Positions 11,408 to 23,796 of a stretch of DNA of 64,000 bases are shown here, in pieces (within the stretch, counting starts at the first letter, position 1; each line of letters starts with the position of its first letter). Where the stretch lies: contig OW569351.1 in NCBI GenBank assembly GCA_937625935.1, forward strand, positions 558,001-622,000, given 5' to 3'. The notes beneath the pieces are model-generated. The model saw only the letters and a list, made by a program, of their open reading frames with translations, ran no database searches and was not told the DNA's origin. The stretch is from Tetramitus jugosus. Lineage: Eukaryota; Protista; Heterolobosea. The translations under genes and the position numbers were made by a program.

Positions 11408-14400
11408 ATGGGTGTTCCTAAATTTTTTGGATGGCTCACTTCCAAAGTACCTTCAATGATCATCAATCTGGATGATAAGATTATGGACCGACAAGTGCAT
11501 CACTTTTATATTGACATGAACGGAATTTTGTACTTGATCAAAGAACAGTTTACGGTCAATGAAGCTGAGATTGATTTGAACCAATTCATCTATCAAGTGT
11601 TTCTCTATGTGGAAGAGTTGGTGTATCGTGTCTCACCTTTGAAAACTCTCATGATTTCATTGGACGGTGTTGCACCAGGTGCCAAATTGCAACAACAACG
11701 ACAACGCAGATGGAAAAAGTATGTCAAGAAGCATCAACAAAGTAATCAGAGTAACAACAGTAATGAAAATAGTGAGAATGATGAGAATGATCATGTCATG
11801 AGTGATAGTGAAGAACAAAAGTTGTTGTTTTCATTTTCTCCCGGTACTGAGCTCATGACAATGATTAATCAGCATATGCAATACTTTGTTCGGAGGAAGC
11901 TTCAAGATGATCCTCGTTGGCGCAGGATACAACATATTGTCCTATCCGATGCCAGTGTTCCAGGTGAAGGCGAACATAAAATTATGGACTACATACGAGC
12001 GAATAATAATAACAATCAGAATAATAATAGTATTAGTAGTACTCAGAAGAATGATGAAAGTAAACAAATTTACTTTGAAGACAATGACGTACATTGTATG
12101 TATGGCATGGACTCTGACTTGATCATGTTGGCATTGTCAACTCATTTGCCACATTTTATTCTGTTGAGAGAGCATGTGGTCATCAGTACGCCGTTCAAGA
12201 ACAAGCACGGACATCGCAAGAACAAACACAACAGAAAACAATTGAGTAAGCAATTTAAGATGAATCAAAAAGTGTTAGAGAAGAGAAGATTACAAATATT
12301 GGATGCAACTGTTTTGCGTCATTACATTGATCATGAGTTTAGCGATCTATCAGACAATATTTCATCTCATGATATGGGACAGACGACACTCGAATACAAT
12401 CTCGAACGATTGATTGACGACTTTATTTTTATGCTCTTTTTGTGTGGAAATGACTTTCTACCCAATTTACCTACGTTAGACATTGGTGAAGGTGCTCTGG
12501 ATTACTTTTTCAGTATCTACAAGGCAATATTGCCTGAATTAGGAGGATATATCGTTGATGTTAGTTCAATTGAACGAAAATGCAGTCATGAATTAATTAA
12601 TGTGGATCGCTTTGTGCGCTATTTGAACGTACTGGCTCAATATGAACACTCTGTATTGGACAAGCGGCTCTCTAAGGACGATTCATTCAAATACCGATTG
12701 AAGCAAATTAAGATGTTACGTGAAAGGAGTCAAACACCTCCAAGCACTCTGCTCGATGCGTCTCCTAAACCCAGCACCACTCCTAGCACTTCAAGCAATA
12801 CTTCCAGCTCCTCTCAAGCACCTGCTCCCAGTAACTTTAAACTCTTGTTCAGTGCCCAGAATGAAGTATTGAAAAACCTGATGACCGCCATTGATGCTAC
12901 TAACGCTACGACTGTCAACTGCAAGGGAGATGTGAAAAGACTGGTCATGGTCGGTTCATTGATCTCCAATTCGGTCTCTGCCCAATCGTTCCTCACAGAC
13001 TCTAGCTGCTCTCTTACAAGCGACGTTGATGAACAAATGATAATCAAAATTCCATTCAAGAAACCAGTGACAATCAACTCCATTCTTTTGTTCAGTGCGG
13101 ACTCAGCACCTAAGAATGTCAAGCTGTTTGTTGATCGTGTTGAGATTGATTTTTCGAATGTTGACTCATATGTACCTACTCAACATCTCTCTTTGCCTGA
13201 GGATCCCTGCTCTGCTACCTACCAAAATTTGGAACACAAGTTGAATCCCATTAAGTTCGATACGGTGAACCACTTAACTGTATGTTTATTCACTGACATT
13301 AGTCGTGTACGATTAACTAACTCATTTCTTCTTTAATGTTAGATTTATATTCAAGACAACATTAACAACTCAATGCATACCAAATTGACTCGATTAGGCT
13401 TGTTTGGGCAAGTGATTGACATGTCCAAGAGAACGGCCAAGAAGAAACCTAAAGATTTGACATCCATCTTGTCAGAGTACAGAAAAGCTCACGATCATTC
13501 CCATGACCACAGCCACGGTCATAAGCATCATCGTGGAAATACATGCGAAAAGGAGTGTAGCCACGAACACCATCATCACGAGCAAAAGGAAAAAAAGAGA
13601 CCTAAACTCTCTCCGGATGACAAGTATACGCTTCTCCCACCTCCATCCGATCTCTCGCATTTCTCTCCATTCAACATTTTTCCCTATTGCATGAGCCTTA
13701 ACCTTAACAATCAATATCTTACTTTGGATATAAACGAGTGGAAGAAGAGATATTACTCAATTAAAATGGACATACAAGACGAAGAGGGGAAGAAACAATT
13801 GATACGAAAATATTGCGAAGGCCTCTGCTTTGTTCTTCTGTATTATTATGTTGGTCTACCCAGTTGGAGCTGGTACTATCCCTACCATTATGCTCCTCCA
13901 GTGTCTGACTTAGCACAATTCAGTAGTCAAGAGCTATCTCAACCCGTTCGATTCAAAATGGGCCTACCTCTGAAACCATTGCAACAATTGCTATCAATCT
14001 TGCCTCCGAGTGCTGCTGTATTGCTTCCTCAAGCCTACCAAGCTCTCACAACACAAGAACCATCACCCATCAAGTTCTTATTCTCCTTGGAGCGTAATCA
14101 TATGGCAATTGATGACACTGAGCGAACAAGCAAGTGGGAGTCAATTGTTCGGATCCCTTTTGTTGACCCTTGGTACATACGAGACGCAACGGATAATGTC
14201 CAGTTAAGTGATCGCGAGCTCGCACGAAATGCAACGGGAGAAGTCTTTTTGTTTTGGTTTGATCCCTCTTACACCAAAGACATTTACAAATCAACGTTGC
14301 CTGGACTTCTGGATGACATACACGATTGTCACACAAACTCGTTACTTCTTCAAGCGGACCAGTTACCCACCCACTTACAGGGTAATTCTGACTCCCTCAT

Positions 14401-14449
14401 TATAATTACCCTCAACAAGCAAAACACTAGAAATGAGAGGTTGTATTGA
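11408..14449 (+). CDS. XRN-family 5'-3' exoribonuclease with inserted PITH domain; intron 13280-13342 (possible second intron 14382-14430, giving a stop at 14498)
   Basis: MGVPKFF, DMNG, DGVAP, PGEGEHKI, YGMDSDL, GNDFLP and SWSWYYPYHYAP. A phase-0 GTATGT..TTAG intron joins the two ORFs in frame. Confidence 0.88.
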
Positions 14450-15008
14450 ACGGTCAGAGACAAGTCCCAAGTTTTCGTTTGGCAAGTGCGGTCTATAAAT
14501 AATGACGCGCTTCAGCTTTGTCGCCGCATACCCAAGTACGCAGACCATTCCCCATAAAAAAGCAAAAAAAGCTGTCATACGTCAGCATCCACTCACCCAA
14601 ATGGAGGACTATCGAGGGGAATTAATGCTCCTACGTGAGAAAAAAGCGTGACAATGTGGCGTTGGTCCTTCTTGGAGTTTTTGGGCGCTGCCAAACACAA
14701 CGTTCACTACATCAGGAATCAACCCAACCTCGACATCCACACCACTACACAAAAAAAAAACGACTCACCAGACAAAGAGGAAGCACTTCACCAGACGTGA
14801 TTTTATGTGAAACAGTGCGAATCATTGATCAATAAACTAAACATCCCAAAACTGTGTATCTCACAAACTCAACTCGCTAGCTCACATAGTTCATAACAAA
14901 CAATAATAATAATAATATCGTATCATAATCTACATCTACACACACAGTCTTCAACACAACAATAATAGTTAAAGGACACAAACAACAACAAACAACAACA
15001 ACAAAAAC

Positions 15009-18000
15009 ATGATGATGATGAGAAGGAATCATTCTTCGTCCAAGTCCAATAGCAAACAACAAAAACAGCAACAGCAAAATTTGACTGGCACATCCAACAA
15101 TGAACCAACAACAACAACATCCACATCAACAACAACAACAATGAAGGGTATCTTTCCAACAATCATGACTTCTCCACTGAGCAAGAGAAACCCATCACAC
15201 ACTTCCAACAAGGGCAAAAACAATAGCAACAGCAACAGTCAACTTTCATTGGACGGCAGTAACTATAGCTCCTGTACAAGTACGAGCACTGGCAGTATCG
15301 TCACTGGTTATCGCAATTATCATCCATCCAATAGAAACAGTAGTAATAATAACAATAATAGTAACAGTAGGCAACAACATTATCACCGGAGCAACGGTTA
15401 CAATCAGTACAATGGAACGAATAGTGAAAATACGAATACATGTACGGATGATTGGGTATCTGATGTCAATTCATGTTTTGATGAGTCATTGGCTACCACT
15501 ACATGCACACAATACTATACAAATAACAACAACAATAATAACGGTTATGCGTCAATCAATAGAAACAGTGTCACTAATCGTCATTCGAGTCTATTGACCA
15601 ATACGAATATCAAGAGTCATGATGATAATGACATGATGATGTCGTCACAGAGTGCACATGTTACCACTGGTGATGCAGCAACAGTTGATGCAGCCGTTGT
15701 CGCTGCTACTACTGCTACTACTGCTACTCGACATCATCAACAACAACATAGGAGTCATCATGATGATACTGAACAAGGTTTCCTCCAAGGCAAGGGACAA
15801 GAAGTGCAAATGACAAGAGGAGATGAAGAAGAACAATGCATATCATTGGCCGAAGACATGAAACATTACAACAATTATCATAACAAGCAGAGGAATAGTC
15901 ATCATCGGTTACAGGATCAAATTGAACGTTTGAATCAATACTATCGGCACTCTCCACCACAGCAGCAGCAACAACAGCAACAACATCGGAACAATCACCA
16001 TCATCATGATCACAACCGATCCAGCATGATGAACCAGTATCATCAAGGTGTGAGAACCAAGCATCACAGTTTGTTTGTTCACTCAAAAAGCAGTCATCAT
16101 AAGCATCAGTGCTATGTGTGCAATCCATTTGATCATGGTGAGCATAACATGTGTAGTCATGGGGATGACAGTGATGAGGCTAGTGATGAGGATGTGGTTG
16201 ATGATGCAGTCAATAGTGTGGATGACAAGGATGACGACGATGAGAACAACAACAACTTGCACAGGAGCTTTATTATTGTGAAGAGAAAGATTTCACAATC
16301 TGATGCAACAAAGAACAATTCGACAAAGGATACTGGCGCTTTGAATGCTGCCGTCGTCACACGGTCAAATGACGATACGGTCTGTGGTGCAACTAGTGAT
16401 TCGTTGAGTAGCGATACAAGTCATGGCACTGTACGTCGTGTTCAGAGTCACATGCATCATCACAGACACAGTCAATCATGTGTTGATGCTGCCATATGCA
16501 GAAGGAGAGCCTTACAAAGAAGAAGAATAAGCAGAGATGTTCGAAGCAAGAATAGCAGGAGGCCTAGTTCAGCGACGTCCTGTGCCAGTGACATCTTCCA
16601 ATCGGATGATGAGGACGAGCAAGATGAATTAAACGAGATATTACTGGACCCTACTCGGTTGGACGAGAGCGAATGGAATGATAATGACTACTCTTGCTCT
16701 GTTCATTATTCAGATGATGAAGAGGACGAAGGGGTTGAGAGCAGTGGAACACATGATCATTACAACAGTCAAGGTCACATTTGTTACTCCTTGCGCAAGG
16801 CATCACAATTGCTTTTTGGTAGTGTGAGTGCAGGTCAGTACGCTTATGGACAAATGGAGACTCATGATATGGCAAGAACTATTCTTGAGTCACTAGTTCA
16901 ATACAGTTCTGATCAAGTCATTGTGTTCCATGCATTGGAACTGTTGTGTATCATGTACACACAGCAGTATCGATATGATTTGACAGCTTCTTACGCAACT
17001 ATGGCTATCACCGGGGTCGATGTTGATTATAGTGAGAAGCAGAAACTGTTTAACAATATTGCAGTCGCGCTGTTTCCATTTGGAGTGATTTACAATCAAT
17101 TCATTTATGGAGTTTATACTTATTTATTGAATGAGATTCAAATGATTCTTGAATCACCAGTGATTAAGCACGATTATCGAATGCTTGTGATCAACGAGCT
17201 GAGTTACTTCTTCTCAAGTGTGCAAATACTACTGGTACATTGCTTAATGAAGACGAGAGATGAAGATTTGATGTCACTGATTGGCTATCATGCAAACAAG
17301 TATCAACTCATTGACAACATGCACTATATTCATCTCTGCTATTTGACCTATATGCCTAATTCAAGTAATGTCATGGTGAATCAATTTGACATATTGTCAA
17401 AGCAGGTTGACTGGCCACAACGCTGTGAATATGCAAAGGTTATTGTGTATTACATGGCCAAGACTGGCGATTGGAATAATCTGTTTCAATTTTTGAAGAA
17501 ATTATTGATAAGGAACAGTGTTTCCTTCCCTGGTGCATATGAGGCCATGCTCTGTTCTTCACTGATTCAAGGATTGGCTCTCGATCCGTATTTGAAGCTA
17601 GTGGATGAACCAGGAGTTCAATGTTGTAAATATTTGCACATGGCTCATGATTTTGGCAATTTGCAGCTGTTTGACCGCATGCTCCTGAAGTCATATCCAT
17701 TTATACAACTCAATTTCCCCTTTGGTCACTATTCATTTGCCGATGAGTTGGAGAATGTGAGACAAAGAATTGTAGATAATATGAAACAAAACACATTGGA
17801 CTATGTCCTTTGTGTGAGGCATTTAGCTAACCCAAGGATCTCTGCGACTGTTGATGTTCCATCAACAACAGATATGGTCTGCTTGGGAACAGGAAGCACT
17901 GTCAATTCAAGTGTTTTCTATTGTAAGCAAACGCACAAGTTGCATTCAATGCAACTTGATGATCATGAAGGGAAACTCTCCTTCATCAAACAGGTGGAGC

Positions 18001-18833
18001 GCCCATTGGATGAAGCAAATACAGCATGGAAGGCTCTACTGTGTCCCAACAGTGAACAAGAATTACTTCTCTTCAACAACAATCAAGCATCCTTGTATGA
18101 TATAGAGAGCACTCAAATGAGCCCATTGAGTGTCTCTGGCGATGTTGTGCTACACAATGGCTCAACAGTCTATGTGATCGATCAGTCACTATGTAGAATT
18201 TATCAGCTCGTGAATAAGAGCTTTGAATGCGTGTTTGAGTACTCGTTCAATCACTCTCGCCTATTGAACTTTGCGATAACCAAAGAGAACTGCATCGTAG
18301 CACTGTCTGCTCTAGAGCCAGATGTTTTTTATTGGATTGATTTGGAGTCGAAAACACAACATCAAGTGCATCAACAGAATTGTATTCCATCCAAATTCCA
18401 ACGCAGCCCAACTTATTTGCTGCGATACCTACCGGTATCTAACGAATTATTGGTCACTTTTGCAAAGGAGAGTGGCTTTATTGGTGCATGTAGTTTCTCA
18501 TTTTCTAAGGCTCAGTGGAGCGAGGTACTTATTGCAGGTGATTTAGTCACACAGTTCTCTCTCATAGCAAGTAATTTGCCTGTGCCCGGCAGTCCTAGTG
18601 GTGCCTTCTTGCTCACAAAATGCAAGCAATTGAGGGACGTTAGTGCTGGCAATCAAGTTGTTTGTTTGCAGGATGGCCTCTGCAGAGTGGAAACTGCCTC
18701 GAAAGCTTCTTATTTGTGCGATGATGATGATTCGTATCGGGGCAAGATGTATCGCCACCTGATACAAGGACAGTGGAACTTGGATGTTACCAAGAGGTAC
18801 TTTTTCGACACACAAATCATATTCACTCAGTAA
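15009..18833 (+). CDS. Large protein: low-complexity N-terminus, helical middle, beta-rich (propeller-like) C-terminus
   Basis: 1274-aa uninterrupted ORF; no family recognised. Confidence 0.7.
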   Translation: MMMMRRNHSSSKSNSKQQKQQQQNLTGTSNNEPTTTTSTSTTTTMKGIFPTIMTSPLSKRNPSHTSNKGKNNSNSNSQLSLDGSNYSSCTSTSTGSIVTGYRNYHPSNRNSSNNNNNSNSRQQHYHRSNGYNQYNGTNSENTNTCTDDWVSDVNSCFDESLATTTCTQYYTNNNNNNNGYASINRNSVTNRHSSLLTNTNIKSHDDNDMMMSSQSAHVTTGDAATVDAAVVAATTATTATRHHQQQHRSHHDDTEQGFLQGKGQEVQMTRGDEEEQCISLAEDMKHYNNYHNKQRNSHHRLQDQIERLNQYYRHSPPQQQQQQQQHRNNHHHHDHNRSSMMNQYHQGVRTKHHSLFVHSKSSHHKHQCYVCNPFDHGEHNMCSHGDDSDEASDEDVVDDAVNSVDDKDDDDENNNNLHRSFIIVKRKISQSDATKNNSTKDTGALNAAVVTRSNDDTVCGATSDSLSSDTSHGTVRRVQSHMHHHRHSQSCVDAAICRRRALQRRRISRDVRSKNSRRPSSATSCASDIFQSDDEDEQDELNEILLDPTRLDESEWNDNDYSCSVHYSDDEEDEGVESSGTHDHYNSQGHICYSLRKASQLLFGSVSAGQYAYGQMETHDMARTILESLVQYSSDQVIVFHALELLCIMYTQQYRYDLTASYATMAITGVDVDYSEKQKLFNNIAVALFPFGVIYNQFIYGVYTYLLNEIQMILESPVIKHDYRMLVINELSYFFSSVQILLVHCLMKTRDEDLMSLIGYHANKYQLIDNMHYIHLCYLTYMPNSSNVMVNQFDILSKQVDWPQRCEYAKVIVYYMAKTGDWNNLFQFLKKLLIRNSVSFPGAYEAMLCSSLIQGLALDPYLKLVDEPGVQCCKYLHMAHDFGNLQLFDRMLLKSYPFIQLNFPFGHYSFADELENVRQRIVDNMKQNTLDYVLCVRHLANPRISATVDVPSTTDMVCLGTGSTVNSSVFYCKQTHKLHSMQLDDHEGKLSFIKQVERPLDEANTAWKALLCPNSEQELLLFNNNQASLYDIESTQMSPLSVSGDVVLHNGSTVYVIDQSLCRIYQLVNKSFECVFEYSFNHSRLLNFAITKENCIVALSALEPDVFYWIDLESKTQHQVHQQNCIPSKFQRSPTYLLRYLPVSNELLVTFAKESGFIGACSFSFSKAQWSEVLIAGDLVTQFSLIASNLPVPGSPSGAFLLTKCKQLRDVSAGNQVVCLQDGLCRVETASKASYLCDDDDSYRGKMYRHLIQGQWNLDVTKRYFFDTQIIFTQ

Positions 18834-18870
18834 ACAGACACACATGTCTTTTCTAAAAGCCTGCTCTTAG

Positions 18871-20639
18871 TCACCGGCTCGATCTTTTATGTTGTTTCTC
18901 TCCACCACCACCACTGCTCTTTGGCGTGTGTTGTTGTGGCATTTTTGCACCTGGTGATGTGTCACTGTCGCTGTGTTGACTGTGCATGGACACTGGTATG
19001 CAAAAGAGAGATATCGGCAGCGAAAAGTTCCTCCTTCTGCCTACTGTGTTGTTGCTCCCTTGCTTCTTCCGCTTCAAATACGGCTCCTTCCTCAGTTCTG
19101 AATCCACGCGATGAATGGCTCTGAGCACTGGTTCGAGCACCAAGTGCGCCTCAATCACATCTTGCTTGCTCCCATAGATTCCAAAATCTGTTTCCAAGTA
19201 GCCTTCGAACAGTGTTGACCGATCCACAAAATTCAACACTCGTTCCGTCAAAACACAAGGTGCCATATCATCTGCCATTGATCCACCATCTACCATGGAC
19301 TCTGATGTTTCATCCACCACTTTGCCATAGAATGAATCAGTGAGACTGGCAGCATCTGCGTCCATTGTCATTGTCGCATCATTTGAAATGAATCGATGAT
19401 GAATCGGTTTGGTGGTCCAATTGGGTTGTATCAGAGTAATCGAATGATTATTATTGTTACTTTGATTGTTGTTTTGAAAAATGTTCGTGTTGTTACTATT
19501 GTTATTAAAATTGTTGTGGCTGTTATTATTACTACTATTATTATTATGAAGATTGGTCATACTACTACTATTGCTGTTACTACTGTTGTTATTGGTATTA
19601 TTGGTATTATTGTTGTTGTTATTATTTTGTTGCTGTGATGGTAGTTGATGATGTTGATGATTACTTGTGTTGGGTTGTGCGATCGTCAATGATAAATCAC
19701 TACTATTGTGATTGTGATTGGCTTCACTTGTCACAATTGTCTTATTATTATTATTATTCTTGTTATTTGATACCAATAGGGGTGCTCTATTGATGACTTG
19801 TTGTTGTTGATTGTTATTGTTGTTATTGTTGTTATTCATCATGTATTTCGTTCCAATGATAAACAGTGGAATATGGTTGACTGATTGTTTCTTGAGATAG
19901 GATTCAATAGAAATGGCCGTCTGTTCCCAATCATAATCCACCAACAGATTAATCACATAGACAATGGCTGATATTCGATGACTACTAGTACTGTGATTGT
20001 TATTGTGTGCACGTTTATTGTTACTATTCGGTTGTTGAGCATGGTCACCAGTTGTTGTTGTTGTTAACCAATCATCATCTTCATTTTTCACATTATTATT
20101 AGCTGTGGCATTATTAGTTGTTGTTGTTGTTGTTGAATCGAGAATGGTCAATTTTTGACCAAAGTTTTGACTGTGACGAGAGTTTGTGCTTGCGCGCAAC
20201 AATTGATTGACGTGTCGTTCCATTTGTTGATCGTTGCAAAAGTCGAATTGAACCATGTAGGAGTCACCACTGCCATTCGATGTCGTATAAAGGTAATCGC
20301 GTGAGCTATGAGGTGATGTGAATGTGTTGGCGAGTTGTTTGTGTTGATTGGACAAGTCTTTTGCAATCATTAGCTAATGATTTGTGTGTTTGATTGTCAG
20401 CAAAATTTTGTTGTGCGTTTAGTATGTTTTGTTGTCATTGGTGTGCATTTTTGTATGGTTGTGCGCGCAAGTAGCAAAAATAAAAGGTTTGTTTGTGTGA
20501 GATGATGAAAAAGCTTTTGGCATGAAAAAGTGGTTTGAACAAAAAAAAAGTTGGTTGAAATACTTACGATTGTGGCGCGCTTTGTTTCTGGTGAGGTACC
20601 GCAGGAAGAAACGGGTGTTTGGTCAGATTTTCCCCTCAT
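18871..20639 (-). CDS. Asn-rich protein with degenerate small-GTPase-like strands; exon 20568-20639, intron 20374-20567
   Basis: GTAAGT donor and TTAG acceptor join ..RATI-LMIAKD in phase 0; ISAIVYVINL and IPLFIIGTK resemble Ras-fold strands. Confidence 0.55.
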
Positions 20640-20929
20640 TATTTGTTTGTTGTTTTGTTGTTTGTTGTGAAGTAACGTGTCTTTTGTTTTGCTATTTGTT
20701 TGTTGGTTGTGCGATGCAACCATAAGTTTTTGGCGTGCATGACACGTGACAAGCTATTATTTCCTTTGTGTCTCCCTGGGAAACAAACGAACGACCGCTC
20801 GGATGAAAAGGACCCAAATCCTGCGAGAAATTCACCAAACAAAGGCTGTAAATTGGTAAAAACAGTGAAACAGCAAAATGCATGGTTGTACTATACAGTA
20901 TTATTCTTTGTCTAATTAGAATAGGTTAT

Positions 20930-23242
20930 TTACACAGATCTGGGCTCAAAGTTGTTCTTGGCAGATCGGTTAGTCTTGCCCGAAGAAGAGTTGGAATGGA
21001 ATGTCCATAGTTCGACACAATAAATAGAGAAACGTTCATCCACCATATCACACAACAAATCGTTGTTGAATGTAGGGCATCTATTAGTGATGCCATACAT
21101 AAAATCACTGTCAACACGGAATGCGGCACCACTGCCTCCTCCACCGAATCCAATGTACTTTTCGGTCGATGATTGAAAATAGTCATTGAATCGGGTCGCC
21201 CTGAAGAATTTGAATTGCTTAGCAGTTGCCTTGGGCTCTGTTTGTTGTTGTTGTTGTGCGATATCAATCTCCATGTCTACGCCTCCGGTGGCAATAAAGA
21301 GAGTATCATTTGGATCATCATGATGTGCCTTCTCAGAACCACTGCTCTCAGAGTTCAACTCATCCTCGTGGTCACTATTGTCATTTAGTCCTTCAAACTC
21401 ATCGACAGACTTTCCTGGATTGAATGTAAACACTAGTGACTCACCAGTTCCATAGTAGCGCGATGTTGGATGCCACCGCTCCGATGCATAGCCACCAAAT
21501 ATTTGTCCCTTTGATGTCTGAACAACAATCACAGTTTCTTCAATATTGGATCCCACTGATCGATACAGTGTTGCCAATGAAATTCCATGTTCTCTGGAGC
21601 TGTACACTAGATCCCAGTCCTTGTTGTAGTGACGCACAGGAAGTGCCCGATGAATTGCATCCAATTGATCACTAGACAGGATGGAACCCTTCTCACTCTT
21701 CAAGAGCTTTGGCGTCCTGAGCACAATATTAGAAGTTCTCTTTGATTTCATTAACGCTGCAATTCTTCTCAACTTTTCACGAGCCTCTCTCGCATCATCA
21801 TCACCATCATCGTAGTCATCGTCATCTGTTCCATTGTCATCACCACTTAAATTGCTTCCTTGGCTATGCAAATCAAACGAATCTTCATCACCACTGTTCT
21901 CGCCATCTTCGTCATTACTTGACCTCCTATTGTTAAAATAGTTACCTTCACTGCTGAGTGTAGGAGAACTGGGTGCACTGAGTTGACTCGACAGTATTCT
22001 CATGCCTAAAATGGGTGAAAGTGCAGAGAGAGAAGAAGACAAGATACCAGCTCCACTACCCGACCTACTCCGTGTTCCAACAGACAAGATTCCAAATGAC
22101 TGTTGCGGTTGTGGTTGCTGTTGCTGCTGCAATTGTTGTTGTGGTTCATTCTGTGACTGTGCAAGAATGGATGGATCATGGGAGGAACTAATCTTGTATC
22201 GATTGGCATTTTCATTGGAGATACTCTTGCTTCTTGATCCTATTCTTGGTGGAATCGACAAAGTTGTACTCGCTCCTGATTTCTTCTGTTCACTCTGATC
22301 AGAATCGTTATTTGATTCACTCGTGCTATTGTTTAACTGATCACCAGTCGCAGTACTGTCATCCTCTGTTTGGTCAGTAGTGGGAGAATGACCCAACACT
22401 CCACGTATGCACACTCCAACAGATCGACTCGTTTTTTTTGATCTCTTCACATCTTCTTCTGCTTGTGCAATGGCATTTGCAAAATCAGTGATTGATTTAA
22501 CAATGATTTGTGGTCCACCTTTTTGAACACCTCCACTTGTTGTTGCTGTTGCTGGTTGTTGTAATGTACCATCACCAACAACACCATTACAGTCATTATT
22601 ATCATTACTAGATGTGTCATTATCAACAACACTAGTCACAGGATCCGTACCAGTCACCCCTCCACTATTGTTATTCACCTCAACAGTAGCAGCAGCAGCA
22701 TCAGAAGAAGAAGAAACAGAAGAATTCACCGCAGCAATCTTAACTTTCAATTCTTGACCATCATACAGTGATAAACTATCAAAATGAGACATTGAATTGA
22801 TGGATAAGAGTTCATTGACATCCATTCCGAACCGAAGAGCAATCGATGCGATACTATCTCCACTCTGTACCAAATATTTTTGAATCATTGATTTTGTTGT
22901 TGTTGTTGTTGCTGCTGCTGCGTTATTATTATTCGTGTTAGTAGTAGTAGTGTTTTGAGAAGGAGTAGTAGTAGCGGTGGTAGTAGCGGTAGTGGACACT
23001 GGAGGATTCACAATAGTGGTTGATAGAGTAGTGGTTTCAACGGGTGGTGGAACAGATGCATTCGATGTCAATGATGATGATGATGATTCACTTTTGTTTG
23101 TAGTTACATTTTCGTCATTTGTCGAATTGATTATGTGATTTTCGGGGAGTACTACTGTAGTTGTTGTGTGATTGGTATTATTGTTATTGTTGTTGTTTTG
23201 TGTGACGGACAAAGTGGTTGTCTCGTTACTGTTCTGATCCAT
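20930..23242 (-). CDS. LysM + TLDc domain protein (OXR1/NCOA7-like)
   Basis: YLVQSGDSIASIALRFGMDVNEL (LysM); WDLVYSSREHGISL, IFGGY, YYGTGESLVF and CPTFNN (TLDc). Confidence 0.9.
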   Translation of the reverse strand: MDQNSNETTTLSVTQNNNNNNNTNHTTTTVVLPENHIINSTNDENVTTNKSESSSSSLTSNASVPPPVETTTLSTTIVNPPVSTTATTTATTTPSQNTTTTNTNNNNAAAATTTTTKSMIQKYLVQSGDSIASIALRFGMDVNELLSINSMSHFDSLSLYDGQELKVKIAAVNSSVSSSSDAAAATVEVNNNSGGVTGTDPVTSVVDNDTSSNDNNDCNGVVGDGTLQQPATATTSGGVQKGGPQIIVKSITDFANAIAQAEEDVKRSKKTSRSVGVCIRGVLGHSPTTDQTEDDSTATGDQLNNSTSESNNDSDQSEQKKSGASTTLSIPPRIGSRSKSISNENANRYKISSSHDPSILAQSQNEPQQQLQQQQQPQPQQSFGILSVGTRSRSGSGAGILSSSLSALSPILGMRILSSQLSAPSSPTLSSEGNYFNNRRSSNDEDGENSGDEDSFDLHSQGSNLSGDDNGTDDDDYDDGDDDAREAREKLRRIAALMKSKRTSNIVLRTPKLLKSEKGSILSSDQLDAIHRALPVRHYNKDWDLVYSSREHGISLATLYRSVGSNIEETVIVVQTSKGQIFGGYASERWHPTSRYYGTGESLVFTFNPGKSVDEFEGLNDNSDHEDELNSESSGSEKAHHDDPNDTLFIATGGVDMEIDIAQQQQQTEPKATAKQFKFFRATRFNDYFQSSTEKYIGFGGGGSGAAFRVDSDFMYGITNRCPTFNNDLLCDMVDERFSIYCVELWTFHSNSSSGKTNRSAKNNFEPRSV

Positions 23243-23796
23243 TCAATAGTTGTGGACAAATACAATTATTATTATTATTCTTTGTGTGTTTGATTGGTTC
23301 TAAACAACCAGTGTCCTTTTGTTTTTTGGTGTCGTCGTTGATAGTGAGTATTGATGGTCCGAATCGCAAATATGAATCAAATTGGAGTTGATTGATGAGA
23401 TTTATATCATATGATTGTTTTTGTGCAAAAGAGTTGTGTTGTTTGAAACTATCGATATCAGCTGTTTTTTGTTTTTGGGCGTTTTTTTGGACAGCAGGGC
23501 TATTTTGTCTTTGTTTGGGGATGTTCTCTTTGCTTGTGTGTTTCAGTTTGAATGTTTTTGATGTGGGGTTGCGTGTTTTTTTTTGTGCCTAGGGATGACC
23601 TCCCAAGGTAAACGTGTGCGTGTCATTGCGGACCAAGTCACTGTCACACTACGGAAACCAATCATCTGAGCACAGGGATAGGCAGAAAAAAGAAGGTAAA
23701 TGAGAAACAACCACAACGAATGAGGAGCTCCCACGTAAAACAAAAAATTTCATTTATGTTCTCTATCTTTATATTAAATTGTAGGTTGTTGTTTGT

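Noticed and set aside
19396-19850. Long (ATT/GTT)n tracts with hydrophobic shadow ORFs
   Set aside because: These are the reverse strand of poly-Asn coding sequence.
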